A DNA stretch of 64,000 nt from Camelus dromedarius (taxonomy: Eukaryota). Positions 37,370 to 49,793 of the stretch are shown one piece after another (position 1 is the first letter of the stretch; every line of letters begins with the position of its first letter). The translations under genes and the position numbers were made by a program. The DNA lies in contig NC_087436.1 of NCBI RefSeq assembly GCF_036321535.1, positions 72,976,001 to 73,040,000 on the forward strand, given 5' to 3'. A model generated the notes under the pieces. It saw only the letters and a list, made by a program, of their open reading frames with translations. It made no database searches and had not been told where the DNA came from.

Positions 37370-37890
37370 TACTAAATTCCATTTCCAATGCAATGGATGA
37401 AGCCGCCTGGAGAAATGGCTAATTCCAGGTCTGGGTTAGGAAATGTATAAGATAAGCCTGGAAGATCCTGTACTGGATAGCAAGGATGCTGACAAAGACT
37501 ACCAGGCTCCTGTCAGAAGCACTCAAAATCATTTAGTGAGGCTCCCATTGGCCTAAGATAGAACAGTTTGAACATAAGGACAAATGCCATGGACTGAATC
37601 ACGTTGTTTAAGCTCATGAGTTCATAATGATATCAAACACAAAACAATGATAACCTGAAACTTCATTTATCTTCATTGGAGAATGCTGATAAACTAACAT
37701 GTTATTTTGAAAAGAAATAGATCAAAGAATTATTTTGATTTATTGATTGATCTTTTGCATTTATTTTATGAGGTGTACCCAAATATTAGATGATGACCAA
37801 ATATTAGATGATGAGGTAACTGTCTCCATACAAGCATTCCAGCTAATAAATGAAGATGGCTTGGTAGAAGGAGATTATCACCACATCACC
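37370..37890 (+). mobile_element. L1MC-type 3'UTR fragment
   Basis: CCTGGAGAAATGGCTAATTCCAGGTCTGGG...GGAAATGTATAAGATAAGCCTGGAA...GGCTCCCATTGGCCTAAGAT...ATTCCAGCTAATAAATGAAG. Confidence 0.75.
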
Positions 37891-38451
37891 ATGTGCCAGC
37901 ATGTAGAAGAGCATGGAGCCTGAGCCTCAAGGGGGTGGCCCATAGGAGAGATACGTGATGATAATGGAAAGTGGAGGCTGGGACACCCCCTGAGGAAGAG
38001 TTGCACAGTCAGAGGCATCATGAGTATGCTGAACACCAAAAGACCCCAGGGGGAGCACAGAAAAGAGAGGCCATCCAGTTAGCCTGCTTCACATGATCAC
38101 CCACCAGCAAGTGACATTTGGAAAGGCAGGCACTGTAACTTATTTCCAGATAAACTTGCTCTCTTTGGGCAGCCACCCTTGCCTGTATGTCTTTATGAAC
38201 TAAAAGTTCACTCTAGATAAATGAATCCAGTGAAGATTGTCTTTAAAGCATCCAGAGGGAGCAGAATTTAAAATGAAGTGTGCCTTCCTGGGCAGAAAGG
38301 GAAACCTCCAATCTTCTAGGTCACCCAGCAGCAGCGGAGGTTGCCAGTTAAGTGTCTGTCCCCCAACATTCCTCCCCCCAAACCGCTTTGAACTGCCTGC
38401 TCCCTTGAATGATGCCAACCTGTCTAGCTTGGGATAAATATAGAGTAGTTA

Positions 38452-38918
38452 TTATCTTGGTTTCCTAGGGTGGCTAAAACAAATTACCACCAACTTGGAT
38501 GGCTTAAAACAACAGGACTGTATTCTCTCACTGTTTGGAAGCTAGAAGTTTGAAATCAAGGTGGCAGCAGGGCCGTGTTCCCTTCAGAGCCTCCAGGGGA
38601 GGATCCTTCCTGGCATTTACCAGCTTCTGGTGTTCCTTGGCCTGCGAGAGTATTAATTCTGATCTCTGCCTCTGTCTTCACGTGGCCCTCTTCCCTCTGA
38701 GTGCGTCTGGGTTCTGATTCCCTTCCTGTCAGGCCATCAGTCATCCAGCCTTACTGGATTAGAGCCCACCCTAGCCCAGTGTGCCCTCCTCTTAACTTGC
38801 TTACATCTGCCAAGATCAGGTTTCCAAGTAAGGCCACATTCGCAGGCACTCCACTGTTCTAGAGTGGTGTTAGGGCTTCGACCTATCTTTTTGGGGGGGC
38901 ACAATTAAACTCATATCA
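38452..38918 (-). mobile_element. MLT1C-like MaLR solo LTR
   Basis: GTTTCCTAGGG...ACAAATTACCAC...GGCTTAAAACAACAG...TGAAATCAAGGTGGCAGCAGGGCC...TTACATCTGC...TATCTTTTTGGGGGGGCACAATT. It is homologous, in reverse, to 7727-8135. Confidence 0.85.
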
Positions 38919-39121
38919 GCTATATTATTTTCGCATCTAAGCCACATTCATGAAAGACCCGCCTCCGCTGATAAAAGAAGCCGTTAGTAACATAATCAAT
39001 TACACATTACTTTTATCCAAGATGGCAGCTGCTGTCACCTCTCAAGTAGTTTTTTTACCTACTTGTTTACTTATTTCTTTTTTGCTCTTGAAAGTAGAGG
39101 GTTGGTTGAGACTATTTAAAT

Positions 39122-39342
39122 CAGGTATTTCTCAACCAGCGTGCTGTGGGCATTTGGAGGGGGCCTAACATGTGGACAGCATCCCTAGGCTCTGACCACT
39201 AAAGAGCAGTAGTGCCTTACAGGCAATGTGACAAGCAAGATAAAAGAAAAACAGACAGAAAAAAAAAAAAAAAAGAGGAAAGGAAGGAGGGAAGAAATGC
39301 CTTCACACATTTCTAAACTTACCAGACTCATTGAAAACCAAC
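39122..39342. mobile_element. MER20-like hAT MITE (degenerate)
   Basis: Ends CAGGTATTTCTCAACC and TTGAAAACCA. Internal AGCATCCCT...CCACTAAA...CAGTAG...TGTGACAA. Confidence 0.55.
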
Positions 39343-39873
39343 CACCTAAATTAATGAGATTTTTAATGGCCCTCCTTAGAGCCCCAAACAGAATGGGTTT
39401 TACTAAGCAATAGAAGTTCTGCTCACTTAGAACTTACTCAGCCAGTCTGCTAACTGCGAGGCCTCTGGGTGCTTCTGGAGCATTCTGATTTGGACGTGGC
39501 TAATAGCAGGTGTACTGTTTGGGAGGCACATGACAAATGTTAAGGGCACTGTTTCACTTCTTCTCTGCCATGGTGAATACTATATTGTTTGCATCATTGT
39601 GCCTGAGCCAGAGTCAGGAAGAGAAAAGAAAAAGCAGAAAGTCGCAGGAGATGAAAATAGCTTCTGCTATTTTGGGATGTAGCTCCTTGCTCTAGGTACG
39701 ATACCTTTCCTCCAGGTGCAGAGAGGGTATGATCTGCCCCCTAAAAGGTCTCTTCCTCAGTTCTAAGGTCTGCATCATTGATGTGGGCCACAGAGGGCCA
39801 CAGAAATCTTTCATGGAAAAAATATGAATTGTGACATTCTAGAACAGTGGATTTCTGTCTGCCTGCATGAAAA

Positions 39874-39925
39874 GTGTGTGTGTGTGCGTGTGCGTGTGTG
39901 TGATGTGTGTATATGTATGTTTGTG
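39874..39925. repeat. Imperfect (TG)n microsatellite
   Basis: GTGTGTGTGTGTGCGTGTGCGTGTGTGTGATGTGTGT read directly. Confidence 0.9.
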
Positions 39926-42900
39926 GGTAGGATGTGTGTTCTTCTCGTTTCTTACTTGCTTCCTTCTTAACTAAAATATTTAGAAGAATTTTTAAAGGTG
40001 AAGACCAAGTAGCATAAAAAGAATGTCTTTTTCTGGGAAAATTAATATTCAGTGGATTCATACATTTTCTGTAATGTCTAACATTCAACACTTCCTCCCC
40101 ATAAAAAAGCAGGTTATTCTACACATTCAACAGACATTAACATATATACAACATGTCCTCTGATTAGTAACTAGGGTGCTAATAAGGTAGAACATGGACA
40201 TTTATTTGGTTCTATATCTGCCTGTTAAGTGTTCTCTGGAATCATAGCTTTCCTTGTAAATCAGAGTGAAAAATCAACATTTGAAATTCTTCACTTTGGA
40301 AAAAATATAATTTCATTTAACAGGAGATTTAATTAGTTAGATAGGTTTGATTATATAAGCAAGTGAAATATTCTAAGAAAAGTAAGAGGTCTACTGTCTA
40401 AAGCCTTTATTGATTTGGGTTATTCTTAAAGGAATAAAAAAAAATGTTTAAAGCCCCGACACTATAAACAAAACTCCTTGATGAGAGTTGAGTTCATGCT
40501 GAGATAAAAAGTTACAAAGCAAGAGAACAGCCTCATTATATTTTTTAAGTCCCAGGGAGAGCCATTGTTTTGCCAAAGCAATGTGGTGAGACAGCCTGGG
40601 ACCCAAAATCAGTGCCCAGGAGACGAGGAGTAAAGAGCTTTAGAAGCTTTGAATTTTTTCTTTAAAACAATTAAGATTAAAGGAGTTAATCAGGAAATCT
40701 GAGGTTACATAAGGGGTGAGCAGGTCAGCCAGCTCATGTATCTGGTTAGAGACACACGCTTGGGATAACCAAACTTTTCCACGGCAGATTGTACTTTATG
40801 ATAATTCTTCCAGAATGAAAGAAATGACAAGAGACATTAAAGTTTGAAAAGTGATCCCCACCGCCACTGACATCTGAGAACATCCTGGCCTCTCCAGAGA
40901 CATCTGACAGGGGAAAGCAAATGAATCAGCTGGAGCTCAAACCCCGAAGGGCCTTGACAAGAGGAAGAAGGAAAGTGGGGCACGTCTGGTAAACAGCGTG
41001 TCTCCCTTGGCAAGTCAAGCTGGTGGATCAGGAGGCTACCAACTCTACTGTAGTTGATCTGGCCACTTCGAAACCTCCTCTCCAAAGGTGGCTTGGCTTC
41101 TGCTTGAGACTACATGGCACTTGAGACAGAAACTAGGAGTAGATCTGAAATACATCCTCTGAAGCTTTAACATATTACCCACAATAAATTCTCCTTGAAA
41201 TTAGTGGGAAGAGATCATCCACCATTTGAGTGAGAACCATCCAGGAAAAACCCACAGCCTTCTGAGATGGTGTGCAAAGGGACAGGAGCTCCAGGGAAAA
41301 GACTCAATTTTTCTTTGACGTAATCAGGATTAGGTTTCTAGGAGGGCACACACAACTTGTATTAGAGAGACAGGTTTATTGACATGGGCTGCTTGCTACT
41401 TCGTCAAGTCTCCATGAGCCAAAGTGACAGCATTTATCTTCTGCAGAGCTGTGCCAAACTGTATTCTGGTAAAGCCTGACAGACAGGAGCAGCTGGGAAA
41501 AGAAAAGGCACCTATGTTCTTTGCTGAGCAACGACTGCCAGATTTTTAACAACCCAAATTTGACCTTGTTTGACTCATAACATCCAACAAAAAAAAATGC
41601 TGCTGTGTTGAAATTACGCAGTGACCGATACGTTGACCACACCTTGCTGTAAGCTCGATAGTTGTACCTGCTCATTTTCGTTTCACTTGTGATGCTGATG
41701 GCCTTTTCCAGCATTGTGTTCAGAAAACACAATCAACCCTGCTGCACCTGCAGAAGAGCAATTTCTGCTGGATGTGATGCCAGTGAATGAAAACCAGAAA
41801 CCAAATCCCATCTGCCATGGGAAGGCTGGCCCTCATTACCCAGACGCCTAAATGTGTGAATTATGTTGTTTACACATTTTCTCAGTTTTATTTTTATAAA
41901 AATGCACTTTTCTTAGCATCAGATTTAAGCAACACCTGACTTCTAGTTTTGATGAGGAGTCTGGCAGAATATGGGCCATTAACTCAAAACTGTGTGAATT
42001 CAGGACACCTGATTAACAGTTAGGGGTCAAAATTTATCTAAGAATTTAGGTTTAAGCCCAAGTAGGTAAAGTATCCTTCTATAAGCATTAGCAATTTGGC
42101 TTTAAGTGGGACATTGGGTTAATTCAATCTGTACTTTCTTGGTCCATGGCATCGTTTTCAAGGTATAAATTCAATTTATGGTATGGAAAATGGATGAGGT
42201 ATGCATAAGCTGGTCTTTAACAGGGATGATGAATAAAATATTCTGGTAAATGAAATAGTCCAAATAACTGAGCTTTCTCTATATTCTAACATGGCATGTT
42301 GATTTTTAAATTGGAAACAAAAAACAACATATTTAAAACCATGTCTAACATACGTGCTGTGGTCCCGGGTAACCTCCATGCCTACACTTGTCATCTGTTA
42401 AATAAGAGGATTAAATGAGATGAGTTTTACTATCTGCCCTTTATAATCTGAAAAGAGATTCTTAACCCAAGATCTACCCAACTTAGATGATCCATCACTC
42501 AGGGCCAGAAAGTCCAGGAAACATCGCAGCCAACGCGGATGATGTGCTTTTTTTTCCCTTGAGAGAAAAACCATAGATTGTATCTAGTTCTTGAACTCTG
42601 GGTTTTAATAAGTTTAAGAACATCAAACATTCACTTACTGATTGATTTGATCCTTAAATGACTTGCTCTTTCCTTGAAATTCATAAAGCTCCTAGAGGTA
42701 GCCTGGTGCTTCAGGGAGTCCTTACTCTACAGCAGTGCTAGCTTAAGTTACTTGGGCTGTGGCTTCCAATGTGCAGGCTGCTCTTACATGCACTCATTGT
42801 GTGCGAGCTTGGGTCATTCACAAAGAAAGACAGTGACCTTTCAAGTTACAGATAAGGGAATGGCAGGGCAGGGTGTCAGGGAGCAGCAGAAGGGCTCAGA

Positions 42901-45434
42901 GTTGTGTCGCTAAGGTCACTGAGAGCCCTGGGAGTCAGCCATGGGTGTTTTGACTTCCTGGGCTGGTGTTTTTATCCATCACAGTCTGTTATGTAGAATG
43001 CCATAAAAGCAAGTTTAATACACACAGCTCAGTAGTCTGGAAGCCACTTACGTTAGCTTTCAAACTCTAGGACCCAAAAAAACTGATCCAAAATTAATTA
43101 GACTAGTGGCAAGTATGCATGTCGATTTAAAAACGGAAAATACTGCCCTGAGCAGACAGTTCTTCAGGCTCCTGCTCCTTAAATTCTAATAAAAACATTC
43201 AAATAGCACCTTGTGGTCACTACAGAGCTTGCAGGTGCAAAATGAGACTCAGTCCTCACAAGCTCTTGGCAGCCAGCCAGGACCCCCATTCTACAGACAA
43301 GAAAAATCAAGACTCATAGAAGTGAGGTTACACGTCCAAAGCCACAGAGAAAGGTACTGAGCCAAACTCAGTGCCAATCTCACAGCTCCCGCTTTGCGCC
43401 AGTTCGTTGTAGCACAGCTGTCTCTACAGTATTCTTAGGGCATTGGGGGTGGGGAAGGGGTGCACAGGCTGGGAAATATGTTGTCAGATGAGACTGTTTT
43501 CAGAGACTCATGCAGTGGAGAAGGAGCTGTATGCAAAATAAATTCCAAGGTAAGAGAAATAGTGCATTCCCTGGATTATGAATTTGAAGACTTTTTTTCT
43601 AAAACTTCAGAATCTTTCTCCTTACCAAGCCAAGGACAAATATATCTCTGACCAGCAAGAAAACTACGAAGACTGAGATCTTCCCCAGTTCTAAATGCAG
43701 CCTACACTTTTCCACAAGAACTTTTTTTTTTGTGGACTTGCTCTTTTTTTTTTTCTTTCAAGAAGTGTACAAAGCCTACTTCAAAGCAGGGAGACTACGA
43801 AAGAGATTTAGGACAAGGAAAGCTAAAAAGGCTATTATTTCTCCCTGTGTCTTACGGGCATTTTGCAAATTCCATAGGCACTGAAACCCAGTAATTATTC
43901 TATTGTCTTTTGCCAACTCTAAACCTCTTTCCTAAGTAGTTCTATGACATTAAGTGGCTGGAAAAGATATTTTTGTGATCAGGCTGTGCTGAAGGCACCT
44001 TATAATGCACTGGGAGATGCATGATTGATTTGTTTTGATTTTGACTTCTAAAAGATTTACATCTGGGCATAGATATATAAAACAACAGAGAGTGTTTTGC
44101 CCAGTACAAAGGTAAGAACGACTCAGATTCAGCTAGTTTGAGTCTATCACCACAGAGGTGGAGGAGCAGCTCAGACAAGTTTTCATTACTGATCTGCAGA
44201 GAACTTGGTTTGGGGCCCATGATCCTGCTTTTGAATTCCAACTCTGACATTTAGCAGACAAGCTGAGGGGAAGGGAAACTAACATTAAACCTAGTAAGAT
44301 GTGGCCATCGTGTTTAGGTGCGTTGCAGGCATTTTCTTATCTGGCTCAAAAACAGCCCTGGAAGGTTGGTGCTGTTGGGCTCCGTTTCTGAATGAGGACA
44401 CGGAGGCTTGAAGTGGTCCAACAATTCCTCCAAAGCCGCAGAGCTTCTGGCTCCCATATCACTCCGCCATTGAATCCACGCTCTCTGTTTATTCATCACA
44501 TCTCTTCTGGGCTTCCATGCCTCCGTCTGTAAGATGCGATCATTAAACATATCTTTGGGGGTTGTTGGATTATAAGAGATTTGTTTACCCAGGACAATCC
44601 TGACACATGAGAAGTCTTCAATAAACAGTATCTCTCTTCCTAACCTTTGTTCTAATAATATTTCTGACTTTGTTTGTAAGGTTGATTGATTAGGACTTTT
44701 TGTTGTTTGGATTTTTTTTTCTTTTTCTTTTTTGTTTTTTGGGTTTTTTTTTTTTTTTAGATTCGAACCTACCTCAGCCCTTTTTAAAATGTGGGAGGAA
44801 AAAAGGATGACTCTAAATAGTGATGCCTGTATGACTTTAAAGGACAGGGAAGGGAGGAATGACTTTATTCTCCCATGTCTGTCTGGAGTAAGGGTGGCAG
44901 GCAGTCGAGGGATTCTGCTCTGCTCCCAGGGAGAATGTGTAGGGTGACCATGTGTCTTTTTAACTGTGCACGAAGGTCCTTGTGAATAACTTTTACATCA
45001 CTTTATAAAGCTGCTGCAGTCCTTTTGCTTTGGGGAGGGGATAAAACAAGACAACAGCCAAGCTGCACCCTGCTGGCCTGTAGTATTTCTGAATGGCCTC
45101 TGTCACCATAGGCAGGTGGCCCAGAGCACTGCCCAGGCCTGGCGCAGGGTAGAAAATGTGGACAGAACTTCACCAGAATTGGTAGGAAGTCATAGTATTT
45201 CCTCGCCTGTAAAAGACAGCCTGCTTGCAGAGAGACTTGGAAAGAATAACTTGTCTGCAAAATGATTATGTATGTATGTATTTAACTGTTCTCCCTGCCT
45301 GAAGACCCTGGAGCCCTCTGCTTGCAGATAATGAATGCATCTAAACCGCAAGTTCCAGGGAAAATGGAAAGCATCTCAATAGGATGGAGTGGAAGGAAAA
45401 GGTGGTGACTCAGTCTTAAAAAGATATTTTAACA

Positions 45435-45740
45435 TTTTCATTTAGCAAACATTGACTCAGCACCTTGTTTAAACTGGGGGTACTGGGCACACTCTTCATC
45501 TTGAATGCACTAACCTTCTGGCGGGAGACCAGACTCGCAAAAGAGACTACAATGCAGCCTGGTGAACTCCATGCTCGAGATGTAAATGTAGTGTAGTGGA
45601 AACCCCAAGCAGAAAGGGCAACTATTTTGCCTGATGAAGAAGTAATATTTGAGTTTTTTTTTTTAAATAAATAGGAAGTTGCCGAATAAAGGAAAGGAGG
45701 TAAGGGAGGGCATCTTAGACAAAGCATATGCAAAGGCTCA
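45435..45740 (-). mobile_element. L2 fragment
   Basis: TTCATTTAGCAAACATTGACTCAGCACC start and GCATATGCAAAGGCTCAG end resemble the reverse complement of an L2 3' end. Confidence 0.55.
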
Positions 45741-45907
45741 GTGTAATAGCCTAATTGCTACAATTCCAGCAATAGTAGAACTCAATAAATGTCAGTTCCT
45801 AATAACTGCATTCGTGGTAGCAATAGTTAATTTTACAATCAAATCAATAACTGAAAACATGAATAGTGTTTGTATTAGACTTCTCAAGTAACTTTTATAA
45901 AGAAAAA

Positions 45908-46099
45908 CATGGCTATTCAGTAAGACTTTCTGTGATGACGGAAACGTTCTCTTTCTGCACCAGCCAGTTTACTGCATTTGGCTGTTGAACATTTAAAACA
46001 TGACCAGTGCAACTGAAAAACTGTAATTTTCATTGTATTTAATTTTATCAAATCTAAATGGCTACACATGACTAGAGGCTATAATATTAGACAATGGAG
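45908..46099 (+). mobile_element. MER3 hAT MITE
   Basis: ACTTTCTGTGATGACGGAAACGTTCT...TGGCTGTTGAACATTTAAAA...CACATGACTAGAGGCTATAATATTAGACA, followed by a GTCTAGAG target-like sequence. Confidence 0.78.
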
Positions 46100-47189
46100 G
46101 TCTAGAGTTATGGAATCATAAAATGTTTAACGTACAAGAGACCTTAGAGATTTATATAAACTTTCCTCACTCTTCCCCGCCGCCATACTCCCACCATTTT
46201 ACAAATGTGGAGGCTCAGAGAGGGAAATTGACTTTCCCAGGGTCACACAGATAGTTAACAATATACTTAATACCAGAACGCAGAGGATCTGGTCTTCTGG
46301 CCCAGGCTCTTATTATCCTAAAGTTTGGTTGGATTATCCTTTCTACTTTAGAAAGTTCCAGTTGCCCAAGTATCGTGGTCTCTGTCGGCCATCTCTCTAT
46401 TCCCCACCAGACACATTTCTACTCCTTTTTTTTGACTATGCATGCCACCCCCAGTAGATCCCCAATAACCCCTAACTCATTGATGGATATTTTAGTCCTT
46501 AGTTTTGACAAATGCTAATGGGAAACATCATACATGGGCAGCAGCTCATGCAGAACAAAGTGCCCAGGTCGCTATTTTCGTAACTAATTCTTTTTTGTTG
46601 TTCTTATACTGTTTCTACTTTTTGTTCCTTTGCCAGGTAGTTAAAGCAAAGTGCAACAACAATAAAAAAAAAAAAATGGACCTTCTTATACTATTTACAG
46701 AACATGAGTCCAAATTCTTTATCCTTGGAAAATGGAGATGATTGAACCATTTGGCAGAGTCATTGGTTAAGGAGAGATGATTGGGTGCAGATACAAGTCT
46801 TTGTAGCAACCAGTGAGTTAGTTATCCTTGAACTCAGAAGCAGATGTGCTGAGGGGGACTGTTGTGGGACCCAATCTATACACATAGCTCTTTCCTTCCT
46901 CTGCAGAGAGAAGCTTCCGCCCTTCTCTGCAGCAGACCCTAGTGAGGAATGGCTTGTGGCGTCAGGGAGCTGAACTGTGGGTTTGCTGCCTCCTTCTCCT
47001 TCCTGAGCTGTGGGTGGGCTGGGGAGGGGGTTGCAGGCCCGGCAGGTCAGGTAGCAAATATTTATTCTCCATTTTCACAGTGCTCCCATGTGTAGTGAAG
47101 GAGGTACTTACCTCTTGCCCTGCAGGGAGGACAGCATTCACAATCTTGAACACGGTCTTAACCTGGCCCTGCATGATTGCTGAGGTCCT

Positions 47190-47635
47190 ATGGGTCCTTG
47201 TGCTCCAGACACACTGTTGTCTGCAGCTCCTAGAATATGCCTGCATGTCCTCCTTTCAGCCTGAGCTATGCTTTTCAGTCAGCTTGGCTCATTCTTGCTC
47301 ATCCCTCAGGCCTCCTGTAAAAGTTCCTCCTTAGCTGAGCATTCCCTGACCCCTACTCTCAAAAAGCAAATCAGCTCCTTCCCACCCCTTGAAATCACAC
47401 ACTCACACAAAGTAGGTCTCCTTGTCTCCTTCCTTGATATTTTCTTTGCGATTCTTGTCATAGCTTGAAATGATGCTTAATTTTTATGATTATTTGTTTA
47501 ATATCTATCTCCTTAGACTATAGATTCTGTGAGGGTAGGGACTGTGTCTGCTCTAGTTACTACACAATCCCAGGCTCTAGTCTAGTCTCAGACACTAGGT
47601 AGGAGCTTAGAAAATATCTATTGAATTAAAACATA
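47190..47635 (+). mobile_element. L2 LINE 3' fragment
   Basis: TAGACTATAGATTCTGTGAGGGTAGGGACTGTGTCTG...GTAGGAGCTTAGAAAATATCTATTGAAT. Confidence 0.75.
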
Positions 47636-48589
47636 AATAAATTATATTTAAAGAGCTGCATTACAGGTAGGGACCAGCTGACTTAGCAACTAAACACAAG
47701 GAATAATTGTCTGTTGAGTGAGTGAATTGATGACCTGTCCTCCTGAGATTTCTGTGTTAGTTTCTCCTTCTCTGGAAGGCTTAAAGGAAGTCTTGCTTAA
47801 AGATTAGTCAGGATGTAGCCGGGAGTAAGTGGCAGATGACTAAAGCAAAGTAGTAAGTGAAATTTGTGGTTGTCTTATAAACATGACCTTGAAGAAAGCC
47901 AATATGGAAAGTTTAGGTAAATAAGCTCCTGCCCCCACCTCGCCCCTCCCCCCAACACCAGGGCCAAGAAACTGCTCGGCTCTCCAGTTCATCTTGCATG
48001 AGTGGACGCTGTGTGGATGCCATTCCTTGTGTGTTGTATTGTGGGTAGAAAAGTTTTTTTTTTTTTAATCTTTCTTTTGTGTAAAAGAAAAAAAGCTATT
48101 GTGATTGAAAAAAAATTTTTCTTACTTACAGTCACCAGGCACCTCAGTGCAGCTGGGTCTTCAGAAGGCCTCTGCTGAACAAGATGGTGGGTGTAACGAT
48201 GGATACGATGAGAGCTGGAGGGATTGGGGTACTGATGAGTTGGAGCTGGTGGGCTTCAGAGGCTGCCCAAGTAAGTGGGGGCCACATGGGCTGAGCTTCC
48301 TTTGTAAGAAGGGGAAACATGGATACTAGTGGAGATTTTCATGAATGTGTGCTCTGTGATATGCCATGTAACTTTCTCCTTATGTCCCCCAACCTTCCAC
48401 CATGAGAATTCTTCAGTAAGATTCCTCACTGATGCCTTGGGTGGCGAGTTTCCTTTGGATAGCTATGGAATGGGAAGAGTCTTGCTCTAAGGTCCTTGGG
48501 CAAAAGCTGCCACATTTGCAATACACAACAATCAGAACAATCACGAAAACGTGATCTCATGATGAGGACCCTTCTGTGTTATTCTTTCC

Positions 48590-49036
48590 AAATACCTGTA
48601 TTTCCAAGAATTCTTTACAAAAACCCATAGCCCCAGTCCAGTGAAAAAAACATCAGGCCAACACAAATTGGGAGATAGTCTACTGGACACCTGACCAATA
48701 CTCCTCAAGACTGTCAAGGTGATGAAAACAAGGAAAGACTGAGAAACTGTCACAGACCAGACGAGACTCTGGAGACATAAAAACTGAATTCAGTGTGGTA
48801 CCTGGACTGGATACTGGAACAGAAAGAGGACATGGAAAAACTGATGAAATCCAAATAAAGTCTAATTAATACCAGTTTTCGTTAAATTTAAAATTTAATG
48901 ACAATTTCTTCATTTTGACAAAAATAAGACACTAACAGCAGGGAAACTGGGTGAGAAGTATTTGGCCATTCTCTGTGACATCTCTGCAACTTCACTGTAA
49001 ATCTAAAATTATTCCAAAATAAACAGTTTATTTAAA
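48590..49036 (+). mobile_element. L1MC/L1MD-type 3' end
   Basis: CTGACCAATACTCCTCAAGACTGTCAAGGT...AAACAAGGAAAGACTGAGAAACTGTCACAGACCAGA...CTGTAAATCTAAAATTATTCCAAAATAAA. Confidence 0.85.
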
Positions 49037-49136
49037 GGTAAAGCCTCATAACTAAAATAGCTACTGCTTTCTGTAAATCTAAAATTATTCCATAATAAGC
49101 AGTTTATTTAAAGATAAATCCTCAAAACTAAAATAG
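48995..49136 (+). repeat. 66-bp direct duplication, period 76 bp
   Basis: 48995-49060 vs 49071-49136, 5 mismatches counted. Confidence 0.9.
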
Positions 49137-49316
49137 TCAGTATTGGCTCTTTGTTACACTAGTAGGAGAAGAAACTAAAATAAATGACTAAAGATTTTTT
49201 AAAGTATATTCAAACAAAATAATTGTGAAAAGCAAAACTCCCTGCTAAGCAGACAATGACATTTCTTGTCACCAAAATGCCTTGACTTTTGGCTCTAAAT
49301 GCAGGCCAGTCACCAC

Positions 49317-49793
49317 CATTAAAGAAAACAATCATTCTGACACTTGTTAAAATGGTATGGAGGTCTACATTCGAGACAATTGAAATAGGAGTCAGTACAG
49401 GGGAGAGATGGGGCTCAGTGCCGCGTACAACAAGGACAAGTGGAGATTTATAGCCAGGGAGCAGGGTGAGGGGGTCAGTGAGTGGAAAATCTGTAAGTGG
49501 AGGTATCCAGGGTAGAAGGATTCTCACTAAACCAACTTAGCAGGAATCTTGCTGAAAGCAAGTCAAGGACTTTTACATCAAAGGTGAGGGATGAGGACCT
49601 TGGTCAGGTATCAAAAGTGATCAGATGTCAAGGGTGGGGGATTCTCCCCAAACTGACTTGGCAGGATTCTTGCTAAGACTGGGCTAGGCAGGTTAAAGAC
49701 AGAAGGGGGAGGGGCAGAAGGGGCCCCAAGGTTGAGGTCCAGTCAGGAAGAGGGCTCAGAGGAACCTGACTGAAGTTGAGAGAGACTTTGTCA
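49317..49793 (-). mobile_element. MER31-like ERV1 solo LTR
   Basis: The minus strand begins TGACAAAGTCTCTCTC...TCAGTCAGGTTCCTCTGAGCCCTCTTCC, has repeated AGCAAGA(A/T)TCCTGC blocks, and ends AACAAGTGTCAGAATGATTGTTTTCTTTAA. Confidence 0.8.
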
